From Amoebidium appalachense (Eukaryota; Protista; Ichthyosporea), in NCBI GenBank assembly GCA_963693365.1, contig CAVNZM010000004.1:62001-126000 (forward strand): DNA of 64,000 nt. The letters are read 5' to 3'. How positions within the stretch are numbered: position 1 is the first letter of the stretch; each line of letters starts with the position of its first letter. The notes under the pieces were generated by a model, which was given only the letters and a program-made list of their open reading frames with translations, did no database searches and was not told where the DNA came from. Both the position numbers and the translations under genes were made by a program. Shown here in pieces: positions 25,777-37,246 of the stretch.

Positions 25777-26260
25777 TGTTGGAAGTAGAGTCCGCTGTGA
25801 CTAGGGTCGTCGTGGCGCGCTTGGGCGCTGACCCGTTTACTGCTTTCAGTGTGTACTCCATGACTGAACTCCATGACTGAACTCCATGACTGAACTCCAG
25901 ACTTAACTCCATGACTGAACTCCATGACTGAACTCCATGACTGAACTCCAGACGAACTCCATGACGAACTCCATGACTGAACTCCATGACTGAACTCCAT
26001 GACTGAACTCCATGACTGAACTCCATGTCTGCACCTGGCAGAGACGTGGTTATACCCGTGGGGCAGCAGTCTGGAATGTAATCCGGATGCCAGGCGAGAA
26101 GCTCTGGGACAGGAACCCGGCAGTCAAAACACAATTGGCAACATTCCTCAACTATGCAGATGTGATGTGGTGAGAGTGTCAGCATGTGTCTATGTACACG
26201 GAACCAATTGTAAAGCTAACATACACATATAGGGAGTGAGCGTAAGTCTGCACTCCAACA
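25777..26260 (-). mobile_element. Solo-LTR-like insert, copy 2 (484 bp, inverted relative to copy 1)
   Basis: Reverse complement of the 23228-23626 family; flanked by GCAC duplication (or AGCAC with one base lost); removal restores PGNEHKVWK. Confidence 0.88.
25855..26027. repeat. 13-bp minisatellite (ACTCCATGACTGA, ~13 copies) expanded inside solo-LTR copy 2
   Basis: Only ~2.5 copies in copy 1 (CATGGAGTTCAGT at ~23508-23543). Confidence 0.95.
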
Positions 26261-26968
26261 GCACAAGGTCTGGAAACCAAGAAGGCACTCTACGGCCTCA
26301 AGCAGGCATCACTGGCCGGTATGAGTACTTCGACAAGGTCCTCCTGCTCACGGTCTCGAACGTCTCCGTTCAGATCCATGTCATCAGCAAACTTCATCCG
26401 GCATCCGAAACCCATTAAAAACCCATTAAAGATATCATAAACCCATAAACCCATCTTTTTGCCACTCTTTATCCCCCTCTTGTCTTTTAGATAACATAAC
26501 AGCATCGTTTTGCTATCACGGGTTTTCTGGATATCATTTTGGTATCTTTTGCTAGATATCAAAATGATCTCATAATGGGCTCATACGGAGCACCCTGAAC
26601 CCATCGTTGTTCTATCCTGTGTTCCATGTATTCAACAACCTCGTTATATCCGTATGATACCATTATGATAGTCTATTTGATATCATAAAATCTTTTTAGT
26701 CTGATGTTCAGAAGCGTTTTAGACATAATAAAGATATCTCTAATAGCGGATTAGGAGCCCTTCCCCATATCCTTATGGTAGCTATCACATATCCTTACGA
26801 TATATATGATAATCGATCATAAGATACATATATATCTTCGATTCAGTCGCACACATCGATTCAAATGTCGCTCTTTATTATCTGCTAATAAATAGTATCC
26901 TTCGCGCATCCACCCCTAAACCAGGCCATCCGTGGCCCTAAGGGCCGGGGAACACCCCCATCCATGTC

Positions 26969-28153
26969 ATGGCACATGCCTATAATCGTTTCAGAACCTC
27001 TTTCAAAGTTCCATCTACACCCATCACACATGTGCGACCATTAAAACGTCCAGCAGATACACCTACCACAGATGCACAACCAGAAAAACATCGCCTTAGA
27101 CTAAGCGCAACACCTATTTACAATACACTACCCATTCAGAATAACACCACACCACTCCGTAGAAACACAATAACAACCATGCCGAAACTTTCGGTTGATA
27201 CAGTACTGGCAGAACTTGCCCTCGTTAAGAAACAGCTAAATGAGCTGTTACCACTCAAGAACATGATAGAAAAACTCCAAACAGAAAATACCCAACTCAA
27301 GCTCACCATTGATTCACTCACAGCCCAGCTAAACATTAGTGGATCGCAAAACCCCAAAACTCATGAGCAAACATCTCGCGACGGAGACATTTCCACCCCA
27401 ACACAAAACAACACAGGACCGGAAGCACAGCTCCCGGCAGAGTTCCTAGAATATGCGAACTCTCGTAAAACACCCGAGCTCCGCCAAATTGCCAAGGAAA
27501 CATATGCCAGCATTCTTGCAGGCAACGAGTACCGCCGCAACTCCCCTCCCAAACCGCCGGCTAAGGGGAACACCCAAGCAAACGGTAACATCAACATCCC
27601 ACCCAAATACGAGAGGGTGTATTTCAAAGTCAAGCACGGCAGACGCCCACACAGGGCCATGTGGTCCATCTTCAAGGCTCTCGGCTTCCGGTGCTCTCGC
27701 ATCCTTTGTCTGTCCTTCATTGGATACGATGTGCTGGAAGTAGCAGTACGGGGCGACTATAACCGTGCGTTCATCCGTGACGCGACAAAGGGGTGTGGAA
27801 GCTTCTTCACCCACCTCCCAAGCTACGACCCATGCGCGCCGGAAAACATTCAGAAAGCAGACAAAGAACGTAAAGTGTCTGCTAAGAATGCGTGCGCCAC
27901 ACGTTGTCGTGTACGCATCAGCAAGGCAAAAGAGTTCCTCGCAAAGTTGGAAAACGATGCTACGAGCGTGATAGACACGGACACGAAGGAACCAATGTTT
28001 TCTGGTGAGAAACTGCTCGAGCGCAAACGCCGATGCGAGATGGAAATCGAGCTCTTCTGCGAACTGTTCGCGCTGGCGGAAGGTCGTGCATACGACCCCG
28101 TAAGCGACAAGTGGGAACCAACCCCACAGGTGTCGGACCAAACCGATGCCTAA
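26969..28153 (+). CDS. LINE ORF1 protein (coiled coil plus putative RRM-like domain)
   Basis: 394-aa ORF; heptad segment LAELALVKKQLNEL...LQTENTQLKLTIDSL; lies upstream of APE-RT. Confidence 0.85.
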   Translation: MAHAYNRFRTSFKVPSTPITHVRPLKRPADTPTTDAQPEKHRLRLSATPIYNTLPIQNNTTPLRRNTITTMPKLSVDTVLAELALVKKQLNELLPLKNMIEKLQTENTQLKLTIDSLTAQLNISGSQNPKTHEQTSRDGDISTPTQNNTGPEAQLPAEFLEYANSRKTPELRQIAKETYASILAGNEYRRNSPPKPPAKGNTQANGNINIPPKYERVYFKVKHGRRPHRAMWSIFKALGFRCSRILCLSFIGYDVLEVAVRGDYNRAFIRDATKGCGSFFTHLPSYDPCAPENIQKADKERKVSAKNACATRCRVRISKAKEFLAKLENDATSVIDTDTKEPMFSGEKLLERKRRCEMEIELFCELFALAEGRAYDPVSDKWEPTPQVSDQTDA

Positions 28154-31100
28154 TTTATCCTTCTTCTTCTGGAATGCTCGGACACTGGGCCCCCAAAAGG
28201 GCCTCCCCCCCGGGACACTCGACGATAAAATCAGCTACATACAACAACAGACAAACAACCACACGTTTACAGTGATTTGCGAAACACAGTTTAAAAACCA
28301 CCACAAATTCAACTCTACATTGGTCGACACATCCACACACCCCGGTTACGCGAAAAACCGAGGCATTATTGTACTTGCCGCACCACACGTGAGAGTGAAG
28401 TGCAAACCGGTAGCAAAAACGGAATTCTCGGTTTCTATAGAGTTTCTTTCTAATGTTTTTACTTTTGTATATTACCCACCATCTATGTCGGTTGTCGAAT
28501 TGACTCACGAGTTGTCACAGTTACCAATGTCCACTGTTATTTTAGGTGATTTTAACACGCGACTCCACCACACAGACACACTGCAAGTGAGTGTCGGGTA
28601 CCCATCTAAGCCCCCGGAGCGTGCTATCCCTTTAGCAAGGTATGTCCAAAGTCACACTTTGCGGTTCCCTCAAATATCCCATGCCCACAACACCGACTGG
28701 GGAGTGGCCTTTTGGCCATCAACCATGTCAAAACTCTCTCTCCCTCCTAACCTCTCTAGGTCATCTGACCACTCTCCTATCCTTTTCCTACCTAAGATCT
28801 CCCTTGATCTGCTCCCCCCTCCCCCTCCCACCTTTCGCCTCCGTCTATCCCAGCTTAAGTCACAGTGGGGTAGAGTTGATGTATGTGTATGCTATGCTAC
28901 GAAACACCCTATATATATGCGCCTATTAGAATCTGCACAAGCCAGGCCAGATTCACATCTCGTACTAGATACATGCACTAACTTTATTGTTGATGATTTG
29001 ATAGATCTCGGTGATTATGCTGGCGGTGGTAGGAAGGAATATCCCGATGCTCTCTTGTTACCAAACACCACTCCCGCTAGACTAGGTGAACCCCTGTCTC
29101 AAAAGGAAAGCTTGCGCCGGCTTGCTAGTATGAATCGATTTGGCCCCCCTGCTCGTATTATTGGTGATACCACTGGAGACCCCCTCATAGACTCTGATAA
29201 GTATTTCTCGGAACTGTTTAAAGATAGGACCCCCGCTCAGAAACCTATTGTGTGGCCTGTAGACCCATCTATCCCCATAGAATCGATCCTCCCCTTTTTC
29301 AGCCCCGATGCCATATGGTCTGTGATATCTAGTTATAGCTCTAGTAAGTCTTGTGGACCTGATGGACTCCCTGCTGGGTTTCTTAAAATCCTTGTTCCCT
29401 CCTACCCACAAAAGGAAAGTGATCGTGCTATTAAACCTGATCTTACTATCATGTTAAGCTCTCTCTTTTCTTGGTGTGTTAAATGTGGACATGTCCCGTC
29501 ATCTTGGTTAGATACCTTAGTGATCCCCATAGTTAAGAAGGACTCTGAGGGCCCCATATCATCCTTTCGCCCCATTACACTAACCCAGGTTGTTCGTAGA
29601 TTCTTTGAAGCTTGCTTACTTAGGTTATTTGCACATCACCCTAGGTTTCAATCTATTCTTCACATACACCCATGCCAATCCGCTTTTCGTAAAAACAATT
29701 CATGTTATGTTCAAATAATGGCACTGCACGATTCTATGCAAGTTGGTGCACAATATGTTGGCTTTATTGATTGGAAAACTGCTTACGATTCTGTCTCCCC
29801 TGGTCTCCTATGGGAAAAGCTTGCTGCACGGGGTGTACCACACTGCATTGGTGTTCTGTTAGAAGCACTCTTGTCTCAAACCTATGGTAGAGCTGTGGTT
29901 AATGGGCATCTTTCATATGGTTTTGCTCGTACTAGAGGTCTCTTGCAGGGTTCATTGCTTAGCCCCTTTTTGTTTAACCTATTTATAGATGATTTGGCTG
30001 TCAAGATTTACGCCGAAAACGATGACCCTATTAATAACTTTCCGCCTGCACTTCTCTATGCTGATGATCTGTCCCTCCTTGCCCGTACCCCTAGACGCCT
30101 GCAAAGATTGTTCGATGTAGTGTCAGAGTGGTGCAAGGCAAACCTTATGATCCTTAACATAGACAAATGTGGTGTTCTTGTACCTGATATAGCTAACAAT
30201 TTACACACATTTACATTATCATCTAAACCTGTACCTATAGTTCCAGAATACAAATATCTTGGTGTTCCGGTTGATTCTGTTGGTGTTATGTTTCCCCATA
30301 TGGTCGAAAAGAGGGTAGAGTTGGCTCGTAAGCGGTTAGCTTTCTTCTCGGCTAATATTTTTAAAGACACACCCCTCCATCCTTCTATTAGACTTACATT
30401 TATTCGCACTTTTGTCTTCCCGGCATGTGAATATGGTTTACCCCTTCTCGCCGCTTGGATCAAGAAAGAGAGAACTAGAGCGCTTAAACCCTTGGCAAAT
30501 TTCCTTGAAGCAGAAGTTGCCTCCTTTCTATCTAACAACTGTTGTAAACCTGGGCCTGTAACGCTCTCGATATATGGTCTGGTCCCAATAGCTGCTAGAG
30601 TATCCTATCTCGCGCTGAAATTCAATAAGCACATAAGCCGCTTAAAGAAGTATTTGCCCTCCCACCCTCTCTTCTCTATCCGACCTGTCCCCTCCTCACC
30701 TCTCCCCTCTTTCCTCCCCTCTCTCTCCCCTTCTCCCCTGGGCACAAATACAAATAAACCCCGCAATAGTGTGTGTGTGACTTTGGACTGCCACTTACTT
30801 ATTAAACATGTACACAATCACAAGATAATCACGCAATATAACAAATGGAAAAAGATACCACACGACACTAGACCCGATGAAAGCATACACCTTGAAAAAC
30901 TAAGCCTTATGTCTCGTTTTATATATACTGACCGCCTCAACCATATTGCCAAATATGGCACTCGCAAGTGTATAACACCTAAATACATATTACCTTCCTG
31001 TAGAACTGGTCTTTCTCTAGCTGATGGTATTATTGATCAATTACCACGCTTTTACTGTACACGTGCTATACAGTGGAGATCTAATAAGTATAAGGTGGCA

Positions 31101-31340
31101 TCATTTGCATGCCCAAACAACACACACACACACCAGTTTAACCGGTCATGTATCGCCAAATGTAGTTTGATAGACCACATAATACCGCAACACACACACG
31201 TCACATTCACAACAGACACCCAGAAAGATAGCCTACCTGTAAATTACAACATCCTTGATTTTATACTAAACACGCGTAACTACGACCTGTTTATTAGATG
31301 TATTGATTGGCTTGAGAAACACATCACTACAAAATTATAG
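28146..31340 (+). CDS. LINE ORF2: apurinic endonuclease plus reverse transcriptase
   Basis: FWNAR, ICET, ILGDFN, SDHSPI (APE); GPDG, FRPITL, DWKTAYDSV, GLLQGSLLSPFLFN, YADD, YKYLGV (RT); 1064 aa uninterrupted. Confidence 0.97.
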   Translation: MPNLSFFFWNARTLGPQKGLPPGTLDDKISYIQQQTNNHTFTVICETQFKNHHKFNSTLVDTSTHPGYAKNRGIIVLAAPHVRVKCKPVAKTEFSVSIEFLSNVFTFVYYPPSMSVVELTHELSQLPMSTVILGDFNTRLHHTDTLQVSVGYPSKPPERAIPLARYVQSHTLRFPQISHAHNTDWGVAFWPSTMSKLSLPPNLSRSSDHSPILFLPKISLDLLPPPPPTFRLRLSQLKSQWGRVDVCVCYATKHPIYMRLLESAQARPDSHLVLDTCTNFIVDDLIDLGDYAGGGRKEYPDALLLPNTTPARLGEPLSQKESLRRLASMNRFGPPARIIGDTTGDPLIDSDKYFSELFKDRTPAQKPIVWPVDPSIPIESILPFFSPDAIWSVISSYSSSKSCGPDGLPAGFLKILVPSYPQKESDRAIKPDLTIMLSSLFSWCVKCGHVPSSWLDTLVIPIVKKDSEGPISSFRPITLTQVVRRFFEACLLRLFAHHPRFQSILHIHPCQSAFRKNNSCYVQIMALHDSMQVGAQYVGFIDWKTAYDSVSPGLLWEKLAARGVPHCIGVLLEALLSQTYGRAVVNGHLSYGFARTRGLLQGSLLSPFLFNLFIDDLAVKIYAENDDPINNFPPALLYADDLSLLARTPRRLQRLFDVVSEWCKANLMILNIDKCGVLVPDIANNLHTFTLSSKPVPIVPEYKYLGVPVDSVGVMFPHMVEKRVELARKRLAFFSANIFKDTPLHPSIRLTFIRTFVFPACEYGLPLLAAWIKKERTRALKPLANFLEAEVASFLSNNCCKPGPVTLSIYGLVPIAARVSYLALKFNKHISRLKKYLPSHPLFSIRPVPSSPLPSFLPSLSPSPLGTNTNKPRNSVCVTLDCHLLIKHVHNHKIITQYNKWKKIPHDTRPDESIHLEKLSLMSRFIYTDRLNHIAKYGTRKCITPKYILPSCRTGLSLADGIIDQLPRFYCTRAIQWRSNKYKVASFACPNNTHTHQFNRSCIAKCSLIDHIIPQHTHVTFTTDTQKDSLPVNYNILDFILNTRNYDLFIRCIDWLEKHITTKL

Positions 31341-31344
31341 CGCA

Positions 31345-31417
<73 letters not shown>

Positions 31418-31468
31418 CCAGCTGATACCGAGTGTCCCGAGGGAAGCCCCTTAAAAAAAATTAAATTA

Positions 31469-31511
<43 letters not shown>

Positions 31512-34245
31512 GGGGAACCCCAACTAATTGATTTCTCCTTGTAGTCTTTATGGTGTCTCGTAGAGAAAGTAAACCCTGATATATAGTCACCACCCGACAT
31601 CTATGTACGTGATCATGATATACCGCTGAGGGGATATTCCGAGCAAAACCCCCCCCCCCATACCTGAGACTGGTTCTCTTTGCCTCGAGTAAACAGCGTA
31701 AACCCCCAATAATATCTATATGATATCATTTCGAGGTCATTATAGGAGGTTTCGTATATGGTAATACATCTATAAGATACTATTACAGATGTCCTTTTCA
31801 TATACAACGGATAGGTATAGGATGCCGAAAACATTATCTAAAGATCATACGTTAAATGTCATAACGATATAAGCCTCATAACATAAAGATAACTAGGATG
31901 GGTCAAAAGAAATTTCGTAATAATATCGTTTTGATAGTTTTAGGAGCCTTTAAAGATATGAGAAGTTCTGGCTGTATGTCCTCTACACGACATCTTTCTA
32001 GTATCTGTTACATATCTTTAAAACATATAGTAGTTTATCAGCTAACCATTCCTTATGATATTAGTAGCATATCGTTAACATAACTCTGTCACATCTTTTT
32101 GACATACAGCACATATATCAAAACGATAAATTTAAGGTATAATTAAGATTTATTAAGAATGATTTTCGCAATATAGTTATATTATCCTTTTCATATCATT
32201 ATGTTATGTCTTGATATATATGATTGAGCCATTTTCAAAGTTGATATCATCCAGACGTCGTTTCCGATCACTGTTTGATGTCGTTTTGCCCCCCCCCCCC
32301 CCCCCCCCCCCCCCCCGGCCCCCCCCCCCCGCCCCTCACCCCTTTCGAACCTGCCTGTCACGTGGTCATATGTCGTCGAGCCGCTGATTACAGATCCATT
32401 TTCTGCAGACACGTCCCACTGGAACGTGTCAACTATAACTCATCTATTATCTTTTACGTAGGGTTATGTCCCACTGGGGCGTGTCTGTCACTTCAAATAT
32501 TTTCTAAGACAAATATTTTCTAAGACAAATATTTTTAAAGACATGTCCTCGGGACATGTCTTGGGACATGTCTTCACACAATTTATTCGAACTACGAAAA
32601 CACACAAAATAAATACACAGACACACACAAAATAATAATAATAATAATAAAAATAATAAAAAGCTCTGTTACTTTTTCTCTTCGCACACACACACAAAAA
32701 AAAAGAAAAAAAGAAAAAAAAAGAAAAGTCACTCTTTTGTGTGTGTGTGTGTGGGGGGGGGGGGGGGGAAGGAGTATAAAAGAGCAGCAACGAACATAAA
32801 CAAAACTCAAAACAAGCAAACTATTATGCGGGTTTCTAAGAAGCTCCCAACATCATTAAACTAAACACATGCTAATCCCTTGACAGAAGAGTAACAAGGT
32901 GTGTGTGTATGGGTATGAGGCCCCAAAAAAAAAAAAGGACGCCCAACATGACAATATAAGGGGGGCACTCTTACACCAAACCATACCATACCAAATGCCG
33001 GCAGAGTAATTAACAGGACAAAGAGCCGGTACCCACCTATGGGTGCTAAACATGCACATGATCATTCATGTGCTATAAGAGCAACACAGAAACGAAACAC
33101 GGAAACAACAGCAGCCATAGGACAAAGAACCAGACCCACAGGGTCTTGCCTCCATACTTTATTTACCTTAACAGGACAAAGAGCCGGTACCCACCTATGA
33201 AACGAAAAACGGAAACAACAGCAGCCATAGGACAAAGAGCCGGTACCCACCTCTAGATGATAACGTAGCCTTATAGCTGCTGATGACTTCATGGGCCAAC
33301 CTTGCCAAAACCTGTAAAGGAACTCGAGCTAAGAATTAGCTCATCCTACTTGCAAGAAGTGGGGGGAGGGGGGGGGGGGCTGAGGGGGCTGACTGAGAGT
33401 GGCAAAAAAAGAGTCGACAGAACCAACCTTAAACATAGTAAGGACGGAAACCCGGACCAGAACTTATGAAGTCTAGAGAAGCAGAAAATAGCTTGAACGA
33501 TCGGTGGAGGGGATGATAGCTATAGTGCTAACAGCAAAAGTAGTGCCCACAGTCGCTGGTTCATGAACGTGAAAGGCAACGTGCATCTGCAGCCAGCAGA
33601 CACACGCACACGCACGCACGCACACACACATACACACACACACACACAGACACAGACACAGACCAGACAGACAAACGCCATATGCACAAAAGCAGGCAAC
33701 ACAAAACTAACCTTCAAGAAGAAGCTGCAGCATGCAGCATGGTCCAAAACAATCAGCACGGTGGCTGCGCGATCTGCGGAGGGGATCTGTGACCAGGCGC
33801 TGCGGGAAGGGAACTGCGACCAGGCGACCTGCGGGAAGGGACCTGCGACCAGGCGACCTGCGGGAAAGGACCTGCGGACCTGCGGGAAGGGGGAAGAGAA
33901 ATGGAGAAAACAACGTGCGTACAGGCTTAAATGGAGAAAAAAATTGCAAACCGGATTGGGATTTAGCCAATCACTATTCGCCGCGCCTGATTAGGAAAAA
34001 GATAAAAATAGATTTCGGCTCGCGCGCGCGCGTGCATCAGCTTGGTGCCCTTAGCGCTACCCTTAGTGCCCTTAGTCACAACTATCAGACTATAGTTACG
34101 TGTCCTCCACTTCTTTGTTCTTGACCATTTTTTCGGCATGAAAGGGTTTCTGTTACTTCTTGCTGTCCTTCTTAGCGTGCTTGCTTGTCTTTTTTTCAAC
34201 ATGGGTGTCACTGGCGCTTTCGACTTCTTTGAAATCACACACACA

Positions 34246-34278
<33 letters not shown>

Positions 34279-34808
34279 GCGCGCACGCACACACACTCAC
34301 ACATGCACACTGACACACACACACACACACACACACAGGCGCGCACACACAGGCACGCACACACACACAGGCGCACACCTACACAACACACACAGCACAT
34401 GCACACACAAGCGCACACACGCACACACCCTGTTATCCCTGATCATGATGCCCCCTCCCCCCTCCCTCTTCCCCCCCCGCGCACCCCCCCCCCCCCCCCC
34501 CCCCCACCCACCCCACCCACCCACCTACAAAGACGAAAACATTGTACATGTATTGCATACACAAATATACTCGCACATATACATACACACATTCACTTTA
34601 ATCTTTCAGGCTACATGTGCAATATACATTAATTATGCACAGTCGATAGAATTCGTTGTGAACCCCCCCCCCCCCCCCCCCTCCCCCCCCTCCTCGTTCC
34701 CCCCATATGCAATGGGGATAATATTGTTTCCCGCTATTAATTAAAAAATCACCGTTCTAACTTCCTAAGACCGAACCACTTGTAACACCGACAGTTTCGG
34801 TTGTGTGG

Positions 34809-34855
<47 letters not shown>

Positions 34856-34965
34856 CCCACCCACCACCTTACCAATATTGAGGTGTACACTGCCCCCACA
34901 TCCCCAACTGTGTGCTGAATATCCCGTGCTAGGAAACCAATAACGTGAAAGTAACACATGCCGCA

Positions 34966-36880
34966 TGTGGGTAGTTATTGAAAAAACCAATAATGTCTAG
35001 GTAACATACCGTACGATGTACATATACTATGCTACAAAGGGGGTTCTATACGAGCTACAACGTTGTGTTTTTTTCGTGTGACCCTCGTACTCCAGGGGCA
35101 CATTCACCATCTCCACCATAAACTTTGTGGTAAAGTTCTCGTGCTAGAAGCTGTTCTGTGGGTAGTTATTGAAAAAACGAATAATGTCTAGGTAACACAT
35201 GTACATATGCTATGCTACAAGGGGGGTTCTATTCGAGCTACAATGTTGTGTTTTTTTCGTGTGACCCTCGTACTCCAGGGGCACATTCACCATCCACCCC
35301 ATAAACGTTGTGGTAAATCTCTCGTCCTAGAGGCTGTTCTGTGGGTAGCTATTGAAAAACCAATAATGTCTAGGTAACATATATATGTACATATACTATG
35401 CTACAAGGGGGGTTCTATACGAGCTACAACGTTGTGTTTTTTTCGTGTGACCCTCGTACTCCAGGGGCACATTCACCATCCCCCCCATAAACGTTGTGGT
35501 AAAGCTCTCGTGCTAGAAGCTGTTCTGTGGGTAGTTATTGAAAAAACCAATAATGTCTAGGTAACATACTATGTACATATACTATGTTACAAGGGGGGTT
35601 CTATACGAGCTACAACGTTGTGTTTTTTTCGTGTGACCCTCGTACTCCAGGGGCACATTCACCATCCCCCCCATAAACTTTGTGGTAAAGCTCTCGTGCT
35701 AGAAGCTGTTCTGTGGGTAGTTATTGAAAAAACGAATAATGTCTAGGTAACACATGTACTTATACTATGCTACAAGGGGGGTTCTATTCGAGCTACAATG
35801 TTGTGTTTTTTTCGTGTGACCCTCGTACTCCAGGGGCACATTCACCATCCACCCCATAAACGTTGTGGTAAATCTCTCGTGCTAGAGGCTGTTCTGTGGG
35901 TAGCTATTGAAAAACCAATAATGTCTAGGTAACATATGTACATATACTATGCTACAAGGGGGGTTCTATACGAGCTACAACGTTGTGTTTTTTTCGTGTG
36001 ACCCTCGTACTCCAGGGGCACATTCACCATCCCCCCCATAAACGTTGTGGTAAAGCTCTCGTGCTAGAAGCTGTTCTGTGGGTAGTTATTGAAAAAACCA
36101 ATAATGTCTAGGTAACACAATGTCATGTACATATGCTATGCTACAAGGGGGGTTCTATACGAGCTACAACGTTGTGTTTTTTTCGTGTGACCCTTGTACT
36201 CCAGGGGCACATTCACCATCCCCCCCATACACTTTGTGGTAAATGTCTCGTGCTAGAAGCTGTTCTGTGGGTAGTTATTGAAACAACCAATAATGTCTAG
36301 GTAACACATGGACATATACTATGCTACAAGGGGGGTCTATTCGAGCTACAACATTGTGTTTTTTTCGTGTGACCCTCGTACTCCAGGGGCACATTCACCA
36401 TCCCCCCCATAAACTTTGTGGTAAATGTCTCGTGCTAGAAGCTGTTCTGTGGGTAGTTATTGAAAAAACCAATAATGTCTAGGTAACATACTATGTACAT
36501 ATACTATGCTACAAAGGGGGTTCTATACGAGCTACAACGTTGTGTTTTTTTCGTGTGACCCTCGTACTCCAGGGGCACATTCACCATCCCCCCCATAAAC
36601 TTTGTGGTAAAGCTCTCGTGCTAGAAGCTGTTCTGTGGGTAGTTATTGAAAAAACGAATAATGTCTAGGTAACACATGTACTTATACTATGCTACAAGGG
36701 GGGTTCTATTCGAGCTACAAGGTTGTGTTTTTTTCGTGTGACCCTCGTACTCCAGGGGCACATTTACCATCCCCCCCATAAACGTTGTGGTAAATTTCTC
36801 GTGCTAGAGGCTGTTCTGTGGGTAGTTATTGAAAAACCAATAATGTCTAGGTAACATATGTACATATACTATGCTACAAG
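34966..36880. repeat. Tandem satellite, ~10.3 units of 182-191 bp
   Basis: GTAG(T/C)TATTG anchor at 34971, 35162, 35345, 35531, 35717, 35900, 36082, 36271, 36453, 36639, 36822. Confidence 0.97.
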
Positions 36881-36992
36881 GTGCTACAAGGGAGGAGATA
36901 TTTTATGAACGGGAGAGTGAGCCGAGAATGTGTAGATAAAGAACAGAGGAATATCGAGGCAACCGTGGTGTACCCTGTCTTTATGTGAACAC

Positions 36993-37024
<32 letters not shown>

Positions 37025-37093
37025 CTCGCGCGTTCGTGTCTACCGATGTACGTGCACACGGGCATGTGTTTGGGTGTGTGTATGTACGTGTGT

Positions 37094-37141
<48 letters not shown>

Positions 37142-37170
37142 AGGTGCGCATGGTAACGTGTGTGTGGGTG

Positions 37171-37246
<76 letters not shown>

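Larger units (their letters stand above)
25448..26381 (+). pseudogene. Copia reverse transcriptase, N-terminal half, split by solo-LTR copy 2
   Basis: KARGVAKGFTQVYGVDY...QLDVSTAFLN, then after the insert KALYGLKQA and SDPC. Confidence 0.92.
26954..31510 (+). mobile_element. Two-ORF LINE (APE-RT type), apparently intact
   Basis: TSD CGGGGAAC (26946-26953 and 31511-31518); poly(A) tail ending 31510; two open ORFs. Confidence 0.93.

Noticed and set aside
23228-26260. Apparent Ginger/Maverick-like DNA transposon: ~400-bp inverted repeats flanking an integrase ORF
   Set aside because: Each repeat has its own TSD and the enclosed integrase is collinear with the copia PR and RT outside, so these are two independent inserts
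34966-36880. CRISPR-like regular array
   Set aside because: Whole units are repeated with no unique spacers, there are no cas genes, and the context is eukaryotic
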